Of a stretch of 64,000 bases of DNA, positions 26,995-45,838 are shown one piece after another. A model generated the notes under the pieces. The model was not told where the DNA came from. It ran no database searches and worked only from the letters and a program-made list of their open reading frames with translations. The DNA comes from Adineta vaga (lineage: Eukaryota; Animalia; Rotifera). The stretch is from positions 6,510,001 to 6,574,000 of the forward strand of contig CP075494.1 in the NCBI GenBank assembly GCA_021613535.1. Direction: 5' to 3'. The translations under genes and the position numbers were made by a program. How positions within the stretch are numbered: the first letter of the stretch is position 1; each line of letters begins with the position of its first letter.

Positions 26995-28638
26995 TTAAAA
27001 TCGTTCAGATACACTGATTCGTTTATGTTGGACTTCAAAATCTAAATAAACAAAAGCTCGTTCAATATCATCCATTGTTTCTAATTGATCTTGCAATTCA
27101 ATTCCAATATCATGAGCAATCGCTAATGGCATCGATTTTGATAAGCCAATATCAATATCTGCAAAATAATTTACACCAAAATGAAGTGCTTGTACGGAAT
27201 TGATACTGGTTACGACATCAGGACGATAATTATATGCAATATGTGCGATTCGTTGTACAATCATCGGATCAGCAGCAAGTCCAGTAAGAAAACGAACATA
27301 TTCTGAAGAAGAAAAAAAAGGACTATGAACATTCGATTGAGTTTTATTACTTACTATAAGCATGCATACCCCATGCGAATAGTACACATGCTGAAATGAC
27401 TATAGCACCAATAGGATCGATAACTACAGCTTCAGTTTTAATATTTCCATCTCTAGCATTCGAAGCTAAAATAAACGCATATCTTTCAATAGATTAATTC
27501 ATTTTTTTTAAAATAAACTATACCAATTAATCCGCATGAAAGTGCGACAATTCCTGATAGCACATCATTTCGATTATCTGCAGAAAGAACGCTGATACTT
27601 GGATGTACACTCCGATAACTTGTAATAAAAAGAATAGCTTTTGCACCTTCAATTAAAATCCTAAACTATCTCCGAAAACAATTATATAGTTGACTTCTTA
27701 CAGATGGAAAGAACCATGGCAGTAATTGAAAATGGAGTCATATCAATATCTGGTAGTGTATCAGTTGTTGATATATTCTGATTATTTTGAAAATAGTTTA
27801 TATCTTTTGATAATCTCTCTCCACTTTCAATAATGATTTGAACACTTGCTGCACACATAACAATCGAAAGCATAATAACAGAGACTGTCTGAAGACGTGT
27901 TCGTCCTAGAAAAAATGTTCCATTAGAATTTGAATTATATATGAAAATTCTTTCTATCTACCTGCTGGATATTTGTAAGGATCACGTTTTTGAATACTAC
28001 GAGCTGCCCATATCAGAACAAGATTTGTACGAATATCCGTTATACTATTTACGACTGACGAAATAACCGAGAGCGATTGTGATACAACTGCACCAATGAT
28101 TTTTATAATAACAAGAATCTTGAAAATGAACAAAGGATTATATCGAGAAATAATTAATCAAAATAAACGAACAATATTAACAATTAAATTGATGATAATC
28201 AAAATACGAACTGCACGTTGTTCTTTATATTGAGTACGCGACAATTGATATCTTTCTTCTTCAGTTTTTGGTATAAGAACATTTTCAATTGATGTTATTA
28301 ATTCTAATTGTTTAGCATAAAATTTTCTAAAATGAATAATTTCTAATCATATGAAACAATCCTTTTAACACTTACCGAACTTTTCTTGATAATGATTTAT
28401 CATCGACTCTACATAACGATTTATAACTTTGAATATGTTTTAAATAGCCATATTCATTTGATGGAACAGGTGTTGGCGGTTCGGAGAAATCATCGAAGTC
28501 TATAATGATATTAGTTGTACTACTTGATCTATTTGCACGTGATCGAGGAACAAGTGACATGCATATTAATTCAATTGGATTGACCCTGTTACTACTCGGT
28601 GTGGATGATCGTATTCGATTTAGAATTGAACTATGCAT
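26995..28638 (-). CDS. Cation diffusion facilitator, Mn-CDF (plant MTP8-11-like) metal transporter
   Basis: Spliced motifs SLSVISSVVNSITD, DPYKYPAGRTRLQ, SADNRNDVLS, DPIGAI, and C-terminal AHDIGIELQDQLE..IERAFVYLDFE. Confidence 0.9.
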
Positions 28639-29096
28639 TGTAAAGCGAGACTGGTTTTCGTCTTACATGTACATTGAGTCGGTTTTGGTAAAGATCAGTC
28701 ATATAAACTATTATTAGTACTGTTTACCAAATATTGAATCAGTGAAGCTTGACTATATGAATATAACGATGATATACGAAGAAAACAAATTGATTGTATC
28801 TGATTAATTCATGGAAAACAAATTCTTTTTGTATAAGATAAATTTGTACGAGAGAAACTCACGATCGGCTCTTGAAAATATATATAATGCAAAGTATTGT
28901 TTGAGTATAATTGTGAATATGATCAAAATATAATACAAGTGTGCCATCTATCGATAGTCAGGAGTCAATTGGTAACGAATCGTAGTACTATTAATAGACA
29001 ATAATAAATAGTTCGAGTATTGATTAATAAGATTGTTCTTATTTACTTTTTTTCTCTATACTTTCATTATTAATTGAACAAGGTATTTCTATTACA

Positions 29097-31277
<2,181 letters not shown>

Positions 31278-33858
31278 ACAGTATCTTCATAAATGATTTT
31301 CATTAATTAATCGATTAATATTAATCCGGCAATATAATTTAGTTTAGTCTGAATGAAACCAAATATATATATATATATCTTTTCCATTTTTATCTATGTA
31401 ATCATAATAAATTTGTTCTTTTATTGTCACTTTTCAAAAAATCGCATACAAGCTTTGTCATTTTCTAATGAGTTCTTGAATAGTTAATTGAGTACTTGTT
31501 AGATATGCATTTAGTGTTTGTTCTGCTAGACAGATTCAATTTATTTCTAATTTGCGGACCTGAAAGTATATTACTTTGACATGAATAAATTATCATTCTT
31601 TTAATCTAAACTCAAGAACATTGAGTCGAGACATACAGTAGAATACAAAAAAAATGTAATTTAATGCATAGACTTTTTTTAAAACTGTTTCATATGTTCT
31701 TCGAGCGATTATTCTTGAATTAAGGGTGTAAATGTTAGATATTGTCTTGATGCATTTAGTGAGACTGGAATTGATCGAAAACTGTTATGCATTTGCGTCA
31801 AAATGAATCATAATCTAAGTATTAGTTGCATCTAACCTAATCAATAGGTGAAATTACTGTTTGGCCAGCTGATAGCGCAAGTATCAATCTAGCTGAATTA
31901 TTCTATCAAACAATTTAATCAGTTGATATGAATGAAGAACTTCGAGATGTGTTGATGGATCTAAAAGATAAAAGTCTTAATATCTGATACTTCTGTGAGA
32001 AGAACTTTAAAAAATCTATCGTCAATTATTTTTGCACTCTACTGTATATTCATTAAAAATCAAATAGAGAAACAAATGAGATTATTTTAAGTTTTATTAG
32101 ATACATTTTCGTGCATTTCTTTAGTTACAAAATTAATACTGATTATTTACCAATGAATAGAATAAGAAAAGAGTTAACCTAGATGAAGAATTGCGCTTTT
32201 ATTAATCTGTATTGTCTAAGGAAATCATCAAAAGGTCAAAATGTTCTTTCTATTCTAGCTGAAATCTTAATCAACAGTCAACAATCTCACCATTTAGTCA
32301 TACAATCAAAGTTCAAACTGTGAAAGAATTTTTTTTTAGAGAAAAAAACTTCTGTAATCTGGATATTAAAACTCTAAGATGACACGTCATCAAGGTAAAT
32401 ATCTCTGTTCAATTTCAAATCATTGATAATTTATGAAGCATTCAATGTCAAATATGAACATTTGCTTCATTAAACAGTATGACTAAAGTAGTTAATTAAT
32501 TACCTGCCAAGATTTTTTTCACCTTTTTTTCTCAAATTAATTTTTCATTCATAACTTTCTTCACAAGAACAATAAGCAACGTGCAGAATTAAAATAAAAA
32601 CATACCTATTTTTATTCCCTAAGCGGTGCATTCTTTTCATGAATATTAATCATTTATAAGAAGATTCAATTCCACCGAGAATTTGATTTAATATGATAAT
32701 TGTTCATAATCAGAAGTTGATTCTCGACATATGTGATACTTTTCTTATCAGAAAAACGATTTCTTATTCATCACATATATGTTATTTGACTTAACTGAGA
32801 AAATATTCTTTATTAAATGACATTTCCCTCTTTTTTGACCTCAAATCTCTAACAAACAGTTTCTATCAATAAATTCTTCAAATATTTAATTGTAGAAATA
32901 GAGTAAAATACTGATTCTCTTAATACTATTTACTTCCTTGAAAACAATTATCAAAACATGATTATCGACAGCTATAGATAAGAAATCGAAATCAATCTTT
33001 TCCTTTCAACTTCTAATCATGTACTCGAGCAATCTTTTGATTTCTTCTTTCGTTTATTATTAGTTCAATTAGAAAAAAAAAGAATAATTAAGTTCTCTTT
33101 CTAACGTCATAAACAAACTTACTTAATCCTCATTAACCCAAATAGATTTAATTGTGTACGTGACTGATTATCTCCTAACCTTTTGATAAATATCTTTCAA
33201 GATTCTAGATGAGAACAAAAGTCTCTTTGTAGATACTTGAAATCAATATTCTCATTTGTATTCATGATAAATCATCGATTCTGTTTTGACTAAAAGTATA
33301 AAATAATGAATGCCATTACGATCACCCACGATTTCCTCTTCAATATTCTATTTTTACAATGATATTCATTAATACAAAGATATTTTCTTTAAAAAATCGA
33401 AGTGCATCCGTTTCATGTCTTTCTTGATTCTTTCATCATTCTTTATTTATTTCCGTTACCTTTGTATCTTTCACATTTGAATTGATATTTACTGAAAAAC
33501 AACGAGAAATTTGCATTGATGTTTACATTGTATTTCATGCAAATCTTAACTGAGCTTTTGAAATCTTAAAATGATTGTTGATTTGCTTCAGAAAAAAAAA
33601 GAAAACATTAGCGACGGCTTTGAAAATATTATTGCCTTAAGAATTAAATAAAGTGCACTTTAAAACGATAAAGCAAGAAACAAAATTCGTATGGGCGTCA
33701 TTTCGAAAGTTTCCTTTTTTTTTCAAGTTAAAAAACAAACGAACGAAAAGAGAAAGAAAAAAGAATTCTTTTCTTCTTTCGAATATATATTCAAATGTTT
33801 TTGTCAGTCCAATAACATATTTTATTTTTCTTCTTCATCAAATTATTTCGATTAAACT

Positions 33859-34095
33859 ATGGCATCATCAGTTACTGAAGTTTGTGATGGAGAAAATTTG
33901 GCGATTATCTTAGCGCTCTATTGGGTTGTCTATATGCTTATTAATGCGATTATTTTTGCTGGTGCGATGTATGCTCTTCAACAATATCTCGAGAAATCAA
34001 ATGGTTCATTTCCAAGTAAAAGTCATGGAAAACGAAGACATAGTACTTCTCGTGCTAGCAGTTCGATAAGTCTTGTTTCTGGAAGTAAATATTGA
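33859..34095 (+). CDS. 78-aa single-pass membrane microprotein
   Basis: ATG ORF with a hydrophobic stretch (LAIILALYWVVYMLINAIIFAGAMYAL) and a basic, Ser-rich tail; more GC-rich than its flanks. Confidence 0.6.
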   Translation: MASSVTEVCDGENLAIILALYWVVYMLINAIIFAGAMYALQQYLEKSNGSFPSKSHGKRRHSTSRASSSISLVSGSKY

Positions 34096-35169
34096 ACAAA
34101 CAAATGGCGATGAACTAAATCAATTCAAAAAAAGACATTTTTTTCCTTATTGTACGATTGAATATTTGTGAATTATGATTTGAAAAAAAGAAGGACCAAG
34201 TCATCAAAAAAGATCTGAAAGACTTTTATCGATTAAACTATTTATTCACGAAAAAGAAATTAATCATTTCAATGCATTCAATAGAGGAAATAATAAAACA
34301 AACGTTGAAGCAAAACGTTCCGTTGGCTTTTCTTTCTCTTTTATTCATTGAATGAATAAATACTTTTCTTCTTTTTTTTTCGTCGAACGTTATTGACTCC
34401 GACGACATTTCAAAGAGAGACAAAATCATATGAGTGTTATATTTCTATATAATAACAAAATAAATCAGCAAATATATCATGAATAATTAGTCTCTCCTGA
34501 ATTTCTAAAAGAACCAATAAAAGGATACAGACAAGCGAGTTCAAAAAGAGTTCTTTTTTGTTTTGATTGAATATAATATTAGAATGTCAGCTGCTTTCTT
34601 TCACAATTTGATTGAATATTTGCAAATAATAATAAACAGATTCTTAATCGATATGTTTTATATAGTGCATTAATATTCAAACTAGACAATTAACCGAATT
34701 ATTTCAGATTAAAATAAATAAAGGAAGTTTATGACAAGCGTAGGATTATCTATTCAAACTATGACTTGCTATTCTTAGTTATTTTCGTGCGAAATAATTG
34801 TTGAAAAAGTTTAATTGAAAGATAAGTTCTTACGTGTATTCATTATGCAAATTTGAGAATTTTTCTTTTGTCAGATAACAATCTAGTCACTATCTTATTA
34901 CGCTCTTTTCTGCTTTTCTTTCTTTGATAAACGAATGCATATGTTAGGAAAAATCTAGTGACGATTTAAGGAATTTTTCTTGTTGTTCTTCATTCTTGTC
35001 AGAAGCGAGAAATTCTATCGGAAAAACACGCAACTCTTATTCTCTTCTTCTCGTTCGTCTGTTTCTTCTCTCATTTGAGAAGAGCTTTCTATTTCAAGTA
35101 AGTTGTATCTCTTTTTCTCGATGAACTTCTTTTCAACATTTACATACAGGTGTGGATTATGATCTAACA

Positions 35170-37273
35170 ATGACAGAATTTAATAGTGAATTCGCCAATA
35201 ATATCATTTCAAATCTTGTTCAAGTTGTACCAAGTACAAATGAAACTTCCTTTTCAACATACGATTATTTGTATGATCAAGTAGAACAATTTAGTAATTC
35301 AAATAACAGCTATTTGAATCGAAATGGTCCACAACATCTTGCAGCAATACTTCAACAATTATATTACAAAATGTCAGATGATAAATCTGTTGATAAATCT
35401 CTTTCAAATTCTAGTTTATCTGATTCATTATCACCATTATCATTTTCAACATCATTATTATCAACAGATAGTTTATTACCATTATCAAATACGAAACGCA
35501 GTTCATATAATTTTCTGTCATTGCTTTCCTTTTGGATTGTATTAATTGTTAATCCTATTGTGGTAAATCATTTCTTGTATAAAAACTCTTCATTTATTTG
35601 TATTTTTAGATTTCATTTGGTGTTACTGGAAATCTTCTAGCTACATACATACTTATTCGATGTAATATCGCTAAATTACCCGTTTCATTTTACACCATAA
35701 TGCTCAATATTTCGGATACATTGAACTTATTAATACCAGTATTAATCTTTTGGTTAGATAATTGTATTAATCGAACACCAGATAAAGGATATTTTCGAGA
35801 TCGATCAAATTTTCTCTGGTTTGTTTTTCTAAGAAATCGTTTCTATTTTCTTTTGTATGTCTCTCTTTTAGCAAAGCATTAATGTGTCCTGATCAATTAT
35901 TTGCTGCACTAAGCGCTTGGTATATGTGTGCCATTTCATTCAATCGTTGGTATTCGGTTTGTCGACCATCATCATATTTCTTTCGCGCCACAGGATCTAC
36001 AGCTACGAGTAGTAATACGAGTGATACACATCGTACACGTAAAAAACATTCATCGGCTTCGATGATTATGTCAACTTCATCATTTATACCATTTTGTGTT
36101 CCATTTCATTGTCTAACACAAAATATAAAATTTCGACAACATTTACAAGCATTTCGTAGTATTTTTTTCATAACATTAATGGGAATTTTATGCTGTCTCT
36201 ATCCGATCTTTATGCATGAACTTCGACCTATTATATCAAGTAATGAACATGTTTTCGATTTAAAATATAAGAAAACACGTACATATGCTGTCATTTGGAA
36301 ACGTTGTTATTATAGTAAAAAACATGAATATGCTTACGATATTGTTGGTATAATATTATCATGTTTTCTTCATATATTACCATTGACATTCGTAGCTGCA
36401 ATGAATATTATGATTATCTTACGTTTGAGAAAACGACAACGTCTCATGACAATTTCTACAACTTTATTACAATCAAAAATGATGATAAATAAAAAGAAGC
36501 AATCAATTATTGACCCACATAAACGAACATCGTACATATCTAATATACCATTAGTTAACAACGATACTTACGAAAAAGCAGCTCAACTCAATTCGCAATC
36601 TACTTTCACAACTACACGAAAAGATCAAGGAACATCAACTGATCTATCCATTCAAACAGTACGTCCATTAAATCATCAGTTAACGATGCCATTAAATTTA
36701 GCTACACCACGACGACATCGTTCACGAGATCGAACAATTACAATCATGCTTGTTAGTGTAGCTTTATCTTATCTAGTTTTAACACTTCCCTATCGGTTAT
36801 TTTGGTCCTATAATGTTTATATAAAACGAATGTATCCAGACAAATTAACTTCATCAGTATATTTATTACAAATGCATTATATTGATCATATACTTCGTAC
36901 AATACGTAATATTCATTATGGAACAAATTTTGTTTTCTTTATTTTTCTTTCGAAAACTTTTCGTCGAAAATTTCGACAAATATTTATTGAAAAACTTTTC
37001 CGATTAACAAATCGTTTACTAAATAAGAATTTGACAATAACAAATGCAGACGATCATGGCCTCAATTCCAAAGCTAATCGTCAACGACGATCAACATCAA
37101 AATTAACGAAAGCACTTAACAACAATCAACAGGATCAACGAACATATAATGAATCACGAAGTATATTCGATGAAATTCCCAGTTTACTTGTTGAAGGACA
37201 CATGCATGAAGATGAAATCATACCAATTATGGAACTTGCACATAATAATTTGATACGATATACTAGCGAATGA
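35170..37273 (+). CDS. Class A (rhodopsin-like) GPCR, peptide-receptor-like
   Basis: 3 exons (about 35170-35562, 35610-35817, 35871-37273). TM1 GVTGNLL, TM2 LNISDTL, TM3 SFNRWYSVCRP, TM5 ILPLTFV, TM6 YLVLTLPY, TM7/H8 TNFVFFIFLSKTFRRKF. Confidence 0.88.
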
Positions 37274-38609
37274 AAACGCTGACGTTTTTCTTTTGTATGT
37301 GAAATGACGTTTTATTTATTCATAAATATATTTCAGTGAGTACATGTTCTAATCAGGCAAACTTATTTATCATTGAATATGATTGTTCCTATTTCAACGC
37401 AACCAGATCTAAAACATGAAAGATCGAATTATGATTTTCTCGTTCTTTGAATTATCCGATTTCATGTTAAGAAATTACAAATAGACGAAAGAAAATTGAT
37501 TGCTAGAATCTTTCTATCTCTGACTCTATTGACACCTCCATCTCTCATCAACATTCTAGACGTACTCTATGTTTCTACACGTCATTTCCCGTAGCTCATT
37601 TTGCCATGAATAAAAAGAAGAATGTGAACTGTGCCGGCATTATTTGTTTCGAAGATGCATCGTTGAATAGAATAATATAACTTTTCAGAAGACTAATCAG
37701 GTAATTATTATAGTTGATAATATCTTTTCCTCAGCTTGCGGAACACAGAAAAGTAATCTTCTAAGAATGACTCAATAGATGCATTAATTACAATGTACTA
37801 TTATTCAATACCAGACATAGGATAAATTTCTAATATATATATACTAATGATGTTTTGAAGACTGAATTCCTTCCGATTATTATATGCAGCTTTCGTACAT
37901 ACGTACATATATAATTGTTTCTTCTTCTCGTTATACTTCTGTCAAAATTATAATTCATTTTTGAAATCAAAATTTGACCTTTCAAAAACAGGCACATCAA
38001 AAGGTTTAATCAAATATTTTCCAAGAAAAACGACTTTTTTTCTTCGTGAATTTTCATTAGTTTTCTATTGATGATCTTAAGTACTAATATATGCATCTGA
38101 TCCAGTGATCTAATCTCATTTAATTCTCCGAACAAAGTCCACCGCAAATAAAACTTCATGTTAAATGAGTATCGAAAGGAAATTATTATCAGCATGAACA
38201 GATACTTGTTGTAATGAAGTACATAATTAAAAACGAGGAACAAAGAAAATTGCATATCTTTTCAGACTTAATAACTATAGATTAGAGTTCGTCTATGTAT
38301 CAAAATAACATGTGTGAACATGGGTGAGAAAATTTTCATGATAAAAAAACGTTCTTCGAATGCAAAGATTACTTTTGTAGTATTAATGATATTTACTCTT
38401 TGTTTTAGTATAATAGAAGATGATATTGAATAGGATAATAAATGAATTGTTATTTAGTTTATTTCGACTAGAACGTCATTTGAATTCGAACAATGCTTAT
38501 CATCAATAAAAAATGAAGGCATTAAAAATTATCTATCTGTTTTATTTATTCTTTTTGAAAAGCAACAAAATATTTCTATAATCTTTTAATTTTTCACATG
38601 TATCATTGA

Positions 38610-41600
38610 TTATTTCAAATCTTCTGATTCCGTACATTGTCGTTTTACTGAATCTAGAGAGTTAAAGTCATATCTGATTTTATTTTACGTGCATTCTTTC
38701 TATTACTTTGATTGTCATCATCAGAATATGAACGTTTTGGAAATGATATTGTCGATGTCAGTATATTATGCTGTTCAAACCATGAATTTATTTGACCGAA
38801 TGCCAACAGACGTAAGCCAATCTATATCAAAACAAATTCAGTTTATATTAAATATGAAATTTTAATTCTTTACTTGAGCTTCATAAGTAATATCATTACG
38901 TTCTTGAACAGTTAAATTATCAAAAATATCTTTGTTTGTAACAGTTTGCCATGATATACGTAAACGTGGACCATCTAAAAGCGTAGAATTCTTAAAATAC
39001 AAATATATAACAACTATCATTTTTCATATCGTATAAAAAAGCTGACAGATTCTGTCAATAGTTGAAAATGAACATGAAACTTTCTAATATTCGAATTGGT
39101 AGTTAATACCTTTAGGACATTTCTTAGATAATTATTTCTAATAACATACTTTGGTATATTATTTCATTCTATAGTGCATCTCTTGAACTATTTCTATACC
39201 TACTTACCTCTCTTATTCTGAATATTCGATGTATATCAATTGAAGTTATTAATGCGCTAACGACAAACATCAATTAAACATTTCTCCATCTGAAAGAGCA
39301 GTGAAAGTTAATTGCGAGATAATAAAGAAACGACATAATTATAAATTGATCTTTTCTAAATTATAGACTGTGATAAATATTTAACTAAAGTATATCTTTC
39401 AGTGCTACATATTACTCGTTTCATTACCAACTAACATCATTTCTTTTCAACAAGAGCGAGACCTTATGCGTTGATATTAATTAATATAAAATCATCAGAT
39501 GATTCTATTGGTTATAAATTCAATTAACTAAATGTCATACTCACGGGATGACAGATAGTCTGTCTATGATATTCAAACGGAAAATGAACGTGTTGCTTAG
39601 TAACACAAATATTTTCTACATCGTTCTACAAACACGCATGACTTTGGGAACAAAACTTACTTGATAAAATTAAACCACCGGCAAGAGATTCCAGAACACG
39701 CCGAAATGCAACAATAGGTGAAATAGATTTTGTTAACGTATGTTCAATAAGAATTTCAATGGCCTATGAAAGACAATATATTTGTTTCAAAATACAAAAA
39801 CAAACTTGTTTTCATACTTCTGATGATAAGGATTGCCAATGATACGAAAAATTTGCTTTATACCGTAAACATCGTATCAAAGCTGGTGCATGCTGTCGTA
39901 TACTCACTTGTTTCTAAATATTCAGAAAAATATGTTGAATTCTTACTATTCTAAAGATTGATTCGGTGAAATTTACTTGAAACCATCGAACAGAATGCAT
40001 AGCATCTAAACCCATCAGACAATTTGTTTTAGTTAAACATTGATTTACTATTTGATTATCAGATGATTGAATAGATATTGATGTAAATGAAATCGAAACA
40101 CACATCTTTCCTTCAATAGTATCTGTATAAACTTGAATTATTTCATTATCTTTTTCACATTGAATATTATTTTGATTTTTCCATGTTTCCTATGAAATTC
40201 ATAGCGTAATCTTAATATTTATATATTCAAATAGTTTATATCTACAGATAATATTGAAAAGACTTTATCAAAAAGATTTCTCGTTGGCCATTCTGCACAC
40301 ATAACAACAATATGAAAGACACGATCAGTTTTTATCAATAAATTTTTCACAAGTGAACCAATACGAGAAAAACCCATCAATGGACTTTTGTTTCTAAAAA
40401 CAAGACTTGTATTTTGAAAAAGAATCATATTGAAATATGTATGACATACATAACTGTTCCGATAGCATCAGCACTTGTTGATGTTGATAAAGAAGAGGAA
40501 AGTTGTTCAGAACATGATTTTAATACCGCTTCAACAGTACTAACAAATTGTTCGATTGTATCACGCTAGAAAATAAATGCAAAGAAGAGATTGAATCAGA
40601 AATCAAAGATTATTATTTCTTTTGACTTATAAAATAGTGATCATTTGATTATTTCTTACTAAATTCTGTGATGGTATAATTCGTTCATGTAACGTCATGA
40701 GATATCTTGTATCTTCATCGATTTCAATTTGATTATTTTGCATATTTATTTCTCGTTCATGATCATTTTCTTCTAAATCATTGAAATGTTGTTTTGGACT
40801 GGATGATTTAGTTCTCTGTCTATCAATTTTCAAATTTGGATCAACTTTTTTCTAGAAATAAAATAACAATACTGGAGATTCGTCGAATTTGAGCTTTACT
40901 TTACTTTATAGGAAATTCGATGACGTTTGCCTTTCAAATGCGTATCTTTCGCGTTAGCATCATTAAATGTACAATCACATAATTTACAATGATATGATTT
41001 AATAGTATTCGTATTATCATACAATGTTTCAATATATTCTACACCTAACAATTTCATACTTGATTGTTTGATTTCATTGATTGGTAAAGATTGAGATTCA
41101 TGAGTAGAGATTGTTGGCTGATGAACAGGTTCAGGAATTGTTTTACCTAGTTTAAGATGTAATTTGAGAGTCTAAAATAATAGCGAAAATGATAAAACGA
41201 GATCCGAAATGCATAGAAATAGATTAACCTACTTTCTGATGTTTACTACCATCTAAATGAGCTTGATGAGCATCCGCATTTGTACATGTTATATCACATA
41301 AATCACAACGAAAAACATTAGTAGTTTTCTGTTGATTTTGAGTATTTCCTGCTTTTTTAATATGTTTAGAACCTTGAATATGTGCTTGATATGATGTATG
41401 ACCACCACATTCTATTCGACATATTTCACAATAATAAGTACGAACGGCATTTTTCGTATTAAATGTCGGATTAATTGTAGATCGACGATTATTCTTTTGA
41501 GATGTAATTAATTGATGTCTGTTAAACATCGATTGTTCCGATGGTGCAGTAAAAGCAGCGAGTGTTTCAGCAGCAGATTGAATGAGATGATCATAACCTA

Positions 41601-42001
41601 AGAATCAAATTGTTAATGATATATTCGCGTTATGTATACAACGACGAGAAAGATATGCGATTAGAACATTGAAATGATTTCTTAGAATATTTTTAAATCT
41701 AATCAAACTTACTGTTATTATATTGCGGTTGAGGTGGTATCGGTGGATACATCGAATGATTCGTATATTGTACTATTGGTGGCTAAAATAGAAGTATACA
41801 TCCTCTAATTTAGTTGTATTATCTTTTGAAAATATATTTTTACTTGTGAATGACGACGTGGATAGTGTTGTCCATACAGAGATTGTTGTTGCACAATTTG
41901 AGGATATCGAAAAGTACTAAATATTGTGAAATAAATCAAAATTTTCATATGAAATTCATGATATACTTGTACATGGGATAGTTCATCCCATTATTGGACA
42001 T
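38610..42001 (-). CDS. ZFR: Zinc finger RNA-binding protein (three dsRNA-type C2H2 fingers plus DZF domain)
   Basis: Fingers YCEICRIEC..HIQGSKH, CDLCDITC..HLDGSKHQK and CKLCDCTF..HLKGKRH. DZF-like segments MGFSRIGSLVKNLLI, AFRRVLESLAGG and QERNDITYEAQIGLRLLAFGQI. The last exon assignment is approximate. Confidence 0.85.
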
Positions 42002-42272
42002 TTTTGTTTCGTAAAATAAATGAATAAGAAATGAAATAAAGCGGAAAATACACGATTTTTTTCCGAAGTACTATTATTTCATTTAACAAGGTCTTCAATG
42101 AAATATCTTTTAACCAATCATTTTTCGTTTGACGTCGAGCACCATCTTTTGATTAAATCGTTTGAATGGAAGATTACTCCGACGACTCCTCTCACCTTGA
42201 TCATATGTCTTTAATAAATACGAGTTAAACGAAATAAATCTTATCTTTAATCATCAGATCTGAATTCAGTTC
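42002..42272. promoter_or_regulatory. Short bidirectional promoter region between ZFR-like and ClpX
   Basis: Divergent ATGs only ~270 bp apart; contains CCAAT (~42113) and a CRE-like TGACGTC (~42130). Confidence 0.55.
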
Positions 42273-44991
<2,719 letters not shown>

Positions 44992-45838
44992 ATAAAAAAC
45001 ATGATTTAGCTTAACAATCTTTCTTTTATTTATAAATATTTCATATATGTTGTTCTCCGTGTATTTGACAAAAGCAAAGCAATTGATTCTATATTGTTAT
45101 TGTTTATTTTATGTCTTTCTTTCAGTGAAACAAAAAAAAACATAACTTCGCTTGTAAATAAACGTAGATTAAATGTCATTTTTAATGATTTGAGATGTAG
45201 AATAGGAGACTAATAATCTTTCATAATTCTATACAAAAAGATACTAATTAAATCATTTAATTAAGAAAACTAAGGTAATTAAGTATGTTCTTACAATGAA
45301 AAGATATGCACTTCTTAATCGGTTCACTTTCTTTGTTCATCTATTGTTGAAATGACGTATGTTTACCTCGATTTGTAGAACTATATCTGTTAACAAAAGA
45401 ATTCTTCAAATGTAAGAAAGAATGATTTTCTTCTTTTTCCTCTATCGATTATTCTGTACTTGTGAATTTGATAGTTAGAATTTGTCTTTTCTTTCATCGA
45501 GGTAATTCTATAGTTCTTTCTCTTTCTATATCGATTTCTTATATATCATCATCGATAGATGTGTGATAAAGAAAGACAGTCGAGGTCTATCTGGTGAGAT
45601 CAAGAAAAATCTAGTGAGAGAGAGTGAACAAATAAGTGATATCATCGTCAGTGATCGAAAGTAGAAAAGCCGCTTTTCGTGGTTGTTTACCTTCACTTTG
45701 CATACGAACGCCGTCAACGTCGGACGCAAACGCGCATCAGATCAATAGAAGGATAATCAGAGAGGAGAGACGGTTACCTATCGTCATTTCTATATACATA
45801 TTATCGACATCAGCGTCGAATTTACAATAAGCTCAAAG

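Noticed and set aside
26995-28638. CDF gene as plant or fungal HGT
   Set aside because: MTP-like Mn-CDFs also occur in invertebrates and the gene has host-type introns; it cannot be called HGT without a phylogeny.
31300-33800. 2.5-kb gene-free stretch as a possible ncRNA or decayed TE
   Set aside because: No tRNA/rRNA motif, long hairpin, tandem repeat or transposase remnant could be seen by eye.
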